A DNA stretch of 64,000 nucleotides from Eledone cirrhosa (Eukaryota): assembly GCA_964016885.1 (NCBI GenBank), contig OZ024756.1, forward strand, positions 32,922,001 through 32,986,000, in the 5' to 3' direction. A model generated the notes under the pieces. It was not told the DNA's origin and did no database searches. It saw only the letters and a program-made list of their open reading frames with translations. Position numbers and translations under genes: made by a program. Shown in pieces: positions 60,157-64,000 of the stretch. Each line of letters begins with the position of its first letter. Within the stretch, counting starts at the first letter, position 1.

Positions 60157-60167
60157 GTATATATGTA

Positions 60168-60208
<41 letters not shown>

Positions 60209-60257
60209 ATGTATGTTTCTATCGATATGTATGTATGTATATATATGTATATATATG

Positions 60258-60288
<31 letters not shown>

Positions 60289-60301
60289 GTATATATGTAT
60301 A

Positions 60302-60368
<67 letters not shown>

Positions 60369-60874
60369 ATATATATATGTATGTATTAGTATGCATGTAC
60401 ATGCATGTAGCATTGTAATCCTATATAATATTTACAATAAACTAAAACGAAATAATTTCCTGAGGAGGAAGATCAAACAGTCATTGATTAAATTGGTTCT
60501 TTTAAGTACAATAAAAAATGATTTTCACGATGTCATGCTGTTTAATTATATGTACGGAAATATCTAAGGCACCGCATTAAATTTTAGCTAATTAGTTAGT
60601 GTGGGGTGAATCTCGTTAACATATTGTAAATCTGATGTCTACACTCTAATGTAGTCACACATTTCTAACGAAGGTCATTGTGCCTAGCTATAACGATCTA
60701 TTTTTATGTGATTGGGTTCATAAACACAAACATAGTCATAGTAACTCACATAAATATATCTATATATCACTATCTATCTATGTATCAATCAGTTTCTATG
60801 TCTCCCCCTCTGTCTCTTTACTGTGTGTCCCTGTCTCACTCTCTATCTCTATCTCTATCTGTCTATCTATCTAC

Positions 60875-60934
<60 letters not shown>

Positions 60935-60959
60935 TAATATATTTATTTATATATATATA

Positions 60960-61071
<112 letters not shown>

Positions 61072-61155
61072 TTGATAACTGGATATATATATATACATAT
61101 ACATATCTATATATGTGTGTGTGTGTGCGTGTGTATTTATATCATATATACATTC

Positions 61156-61213
<58 letters not shown>

Positions 61214-61942
61214 GTATATTGTTAAAAAATAACATAAAAAATAGAGAAAACTCCTCACCCCATTATTCAAATTACCTACCTTACCTCTCATGGGAAGTGC
61301 ACCCACTATTTAGTGAATGGTAATTAGTTAAATTAATTTTGAGGCTAGATAACGATATGAACATACCTAGACCCTTTATACATATGGACATCAAACAGTT
61401 ACATATAGTTAATCACAGGTTAATTACAGAGAAATACCAATATTTAACGAGAGTGTTAATATAATTAATAGTGTGATCTATAAAACGGAAAATACTTATA
61501 AACGTGAGAAAATAAAACATTAGTTCAATGAATACTAATAGTTTAATAATTTGATCAATTTTGAAAGAAAAATATTGGATACACAAAAATGTTTTGTCAA
61601 AAGAAAGTTTCACAGCAAAAATAGAGGTTGGGCCAAAAGTCACGAATGCGTTAGAAATGTTTATATATATATATATAATTGGTTTGGGATGCTTAAAGCG
61701 TCCGAATACGGTAGGTCGTTTGAGCACTCGATGCTCTTACAGGGCAGAGTATAATATCAAGTAAGAAACGGAGAATCAGTGGTGCGACGAATTAAAATTT
61801 ATTAGACATATTACAACCGATTCAATGGCCACCAGCTCGAGGCATGATCGATGCGATGATCGAACCTGGCTCGCAAGATCCTCAGATACGTCTCAATCTT
61901 TCGAAGCAGTGGTTCCATTTCGAAATTCTGCTTCTTTATATT

Positions 61943-62020
<78 letters not shown>

Positions 62021-62024
<4 letters not shown>

Positions 62025-62086
62025 ATTGTATATTAATTTTGATTTATTTTGAAAAATTGGTTGAATTTTACTTGTTCTGCTTATCT

Positions 62087-62164
<78 letters not shown>

Positions 62165-62230
62165 AGATAAGCAGAACAAGTAAAATTCAACCAATTTTTC
62201 AAAATAAATCAAAATTAATATACAATTAAA
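62021..62230. repeat. Perfect 210-bp palindrome: 70-bp arms around an (AT)n centre
   Basis: 62021-62090 is the exact reverse complement of 62161-62230. Confidence 0.95.
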
Positions 62231-62276
62231 ATTAATCAAAATTAAAAAATATAATATAAATATTTACCTATTCAAA

Positions 62277-62360
62277 TGGCCCTAACTGTACAGTTTCACG
62301 GTGCAAAACATTAAATATCACGAGGATATTAATGGAAAAGCAACGATCATCAGAGAACCA
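62277..62360 (-). ncRNA. Type I hammerhead ribozyme with long stem II and 8-nt palindromic stem III
   Basis: Reverse complement TGGTTCT-CTGATGA-TCGTTGC..CATTAATATC CTCGT GATATTTAATG..GCACCGT-GAAA-CTGTACAG-TT-AGGGCCA. Confidence 0.75.
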
Positions 62361-62713
62361 TTTTCCTGTCCTAGGGTTAAAAACCCCAGGAACGACAAAA
62401 TATATGACCTCACTCCAACTAATACAGGTCTAAAAGGTCGTGAAAGTGACCCGTAAATACATTGGTGTATAGTGAAGGCGGGAAATCGTAGACTAGCCGT
62501 CTATAATCGCCACTAAAAAAAGATTTTTAGTAACTAAATAGAACGACAAAGATTTATCTCTACATACTGGAGATTATTGAATAAGGTTAATATATATCTG
62601 AGGGTACAATGTACCCCCGGAAATATATAGTGTGTCTATGATTTAAGGTGGTTCTATGGTATATATATATATGTGTGTATATGTATATATATATATATAT
62701 ATAGGACCATAAT

Positions 62714-62763
62714 AGTACCACTGACGATTTTGCAAATGTGCAACGAAAGAACTTTGTTAGACT
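62714..62763 (+). ncRNA. Minimal type I hammerhead motif, family J
   Basis: AGTACCA-CTGACGA-TTTTGCA AATG TGCAAC-GAAA-GAAC-TT-TGTTAGACT; the family J body follows at 62790-62956. Confidence 0.6.
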
Positions 62764-62984
62764 ATATATATGTGTTTATATATATATATTATATCTGTAT
62801 TTTTGACCGTTGGTCAGTTAATGGTAAACATTTAGGACCGAATGAATAAACTGTGGAGATATAAAAGATACAGAAGCGAAAACCACCAAACAGTGAGTGT
62901 GTTCTGTTATTATTTCTGATAATATTATTACAACAATATGACCCTCCCCAAGTATAATAATATATATATATATATATATATATA

Positions 62985-63382
62985 TTGTTTCTAAATTTGG
63001 CACAATGCCAGTATTTACTGTAGTGCATTACTGGTGCTTTGTTTCATCAACCTCGTAAGGATGAAAAACAAGCGAGGTTTGAACTCAGGTCACAAATGGC
63101 CATAACTCCATGTCTCTTTCTGTGTGCATATTTATGTTGAAATTGTCTCGAGGCCTGTGCATATGTCTATTATATTAATGGTTCCATGGTGGATTGGGCG
63201 GTGGATTGGCAGTATCGGTAGAGGGTCGGACGCCATGCTTTGTAGCAAAGAGTTACGGCTTTTTATGGTCTCAGTTCAAATCCCGCCGAGGATAACTTTG
63301 CCTTTCATCCTTACGGGGTCGATATAAGTAAAGTACCAGTAATACACTGCGATAATTGCTGGCCTTGTGCCAAAAGTAGAAA
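62985..63382. mobile_element. Head-to-head SINE pair (degenerate minus 62985-63110; full-length plus 63197-63382)
   Basis: The plus copy has an A box TGGCAGTATCGGT, a B box AGTTCAAATCCC, the core, and the GTAGAAAC end. Confidence 0.85.
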
Positions 63383-63850
63383 CACGTATGTTAGTAGTTC
63401 GACAAAATTCCATCGATAGAATAGAAACCAGATTTGTAACCATAAATACTGATTGGAGGTAGAAGCCCCTGCATGGCCACAGTTTTATGACTGAAAAAAA
63501 TAAATATTAGAAGACACTATCTACGCTTGCACTAGTAAATCATCGATGTGAAAACAATAATTAACTTAGTGTTAAGATATTTAATGGACTGGCCATAATA
63601 AGTGAAATGACTTACTAATTAAATCTTTGATGTTCTCTACATTAATTGATTAATTATATGAACATAAAAAAAAGAAGAAACCATTTTAAAATTTAATATA
63701 TTTACATGTTTATGCCTCTGCTTTCCTTTCTATCTCTCTCTCTTTCTCTGTCTGTCTCTTTCTTTCTCTCTCTCTTTCTCTGTCTGTCTCTTTCTTTCTC
63801 TCTCTCTCTATATGTCTCTCTATCTCTCTATCTATCTCTCTATCTCACTA

Positions 63851-63887
<37 letters not shown>

Positions 63888-64000
63888 CTATATCTATATC
63901 TGTCTGTCTGTCTCTTTCTCTCTCTCACTCTATATGTCTCTCACTCTATCTATCTCTCTCTATCTCTCTCTGCATTTCTCTCTTTCTCTGTCTGTCTGTA

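Noticed and set aside
60067-60307. About 130-bp direct duplication
   Set aside because: It is composed of TA/TATG-derived low-complexity sequence and looks like an ordinary slippage product.
63197-63290. tRNA genes at A/B-box motifs
   Set aside because: There is no cloverleaf; the boxes are SINE heads continuing into the SINE core.

Overview
AT-rich eukaryotic, repeat-dominated non-coding DNA. It is most likely an Octopus/coleoid cephalopod intron or intergenic region (inferred from the dominant tRNA-derived SINE and very dense (TA)n/(GA)n/(ATT)n microsatellites). No protein-coding gene can be called with confidence, and almost all listed ORFs are microsatellite artefacts. Recognisable content: about 14 copies of one SINE family, 3' fragments of Tx1/L1, RTE and Dong/R4 LINEs, two Tc1/mariner-type MITEs, a 15.3 x 74-bp tandem array and a 2.17-kb-arm inverted repeat. 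The main hidden signal is more than a dozen hammerhead-ribozyme (HHR) motifs from at least 8 short repeat families. They sit in (TA)n tracts and usually carry inverted (fold-back) duplications plus a unique tail, i.e. Penelope-like element / retrozyme architecture. One family (35103-35963) has all hammerhead core nucleotides and helices I and III in exact register, but in a strand order matching none of the type I/II/III permutations. A candidate recursive splice site lies at 4711/4712. All structures were read by eye; no folding or database search was run.
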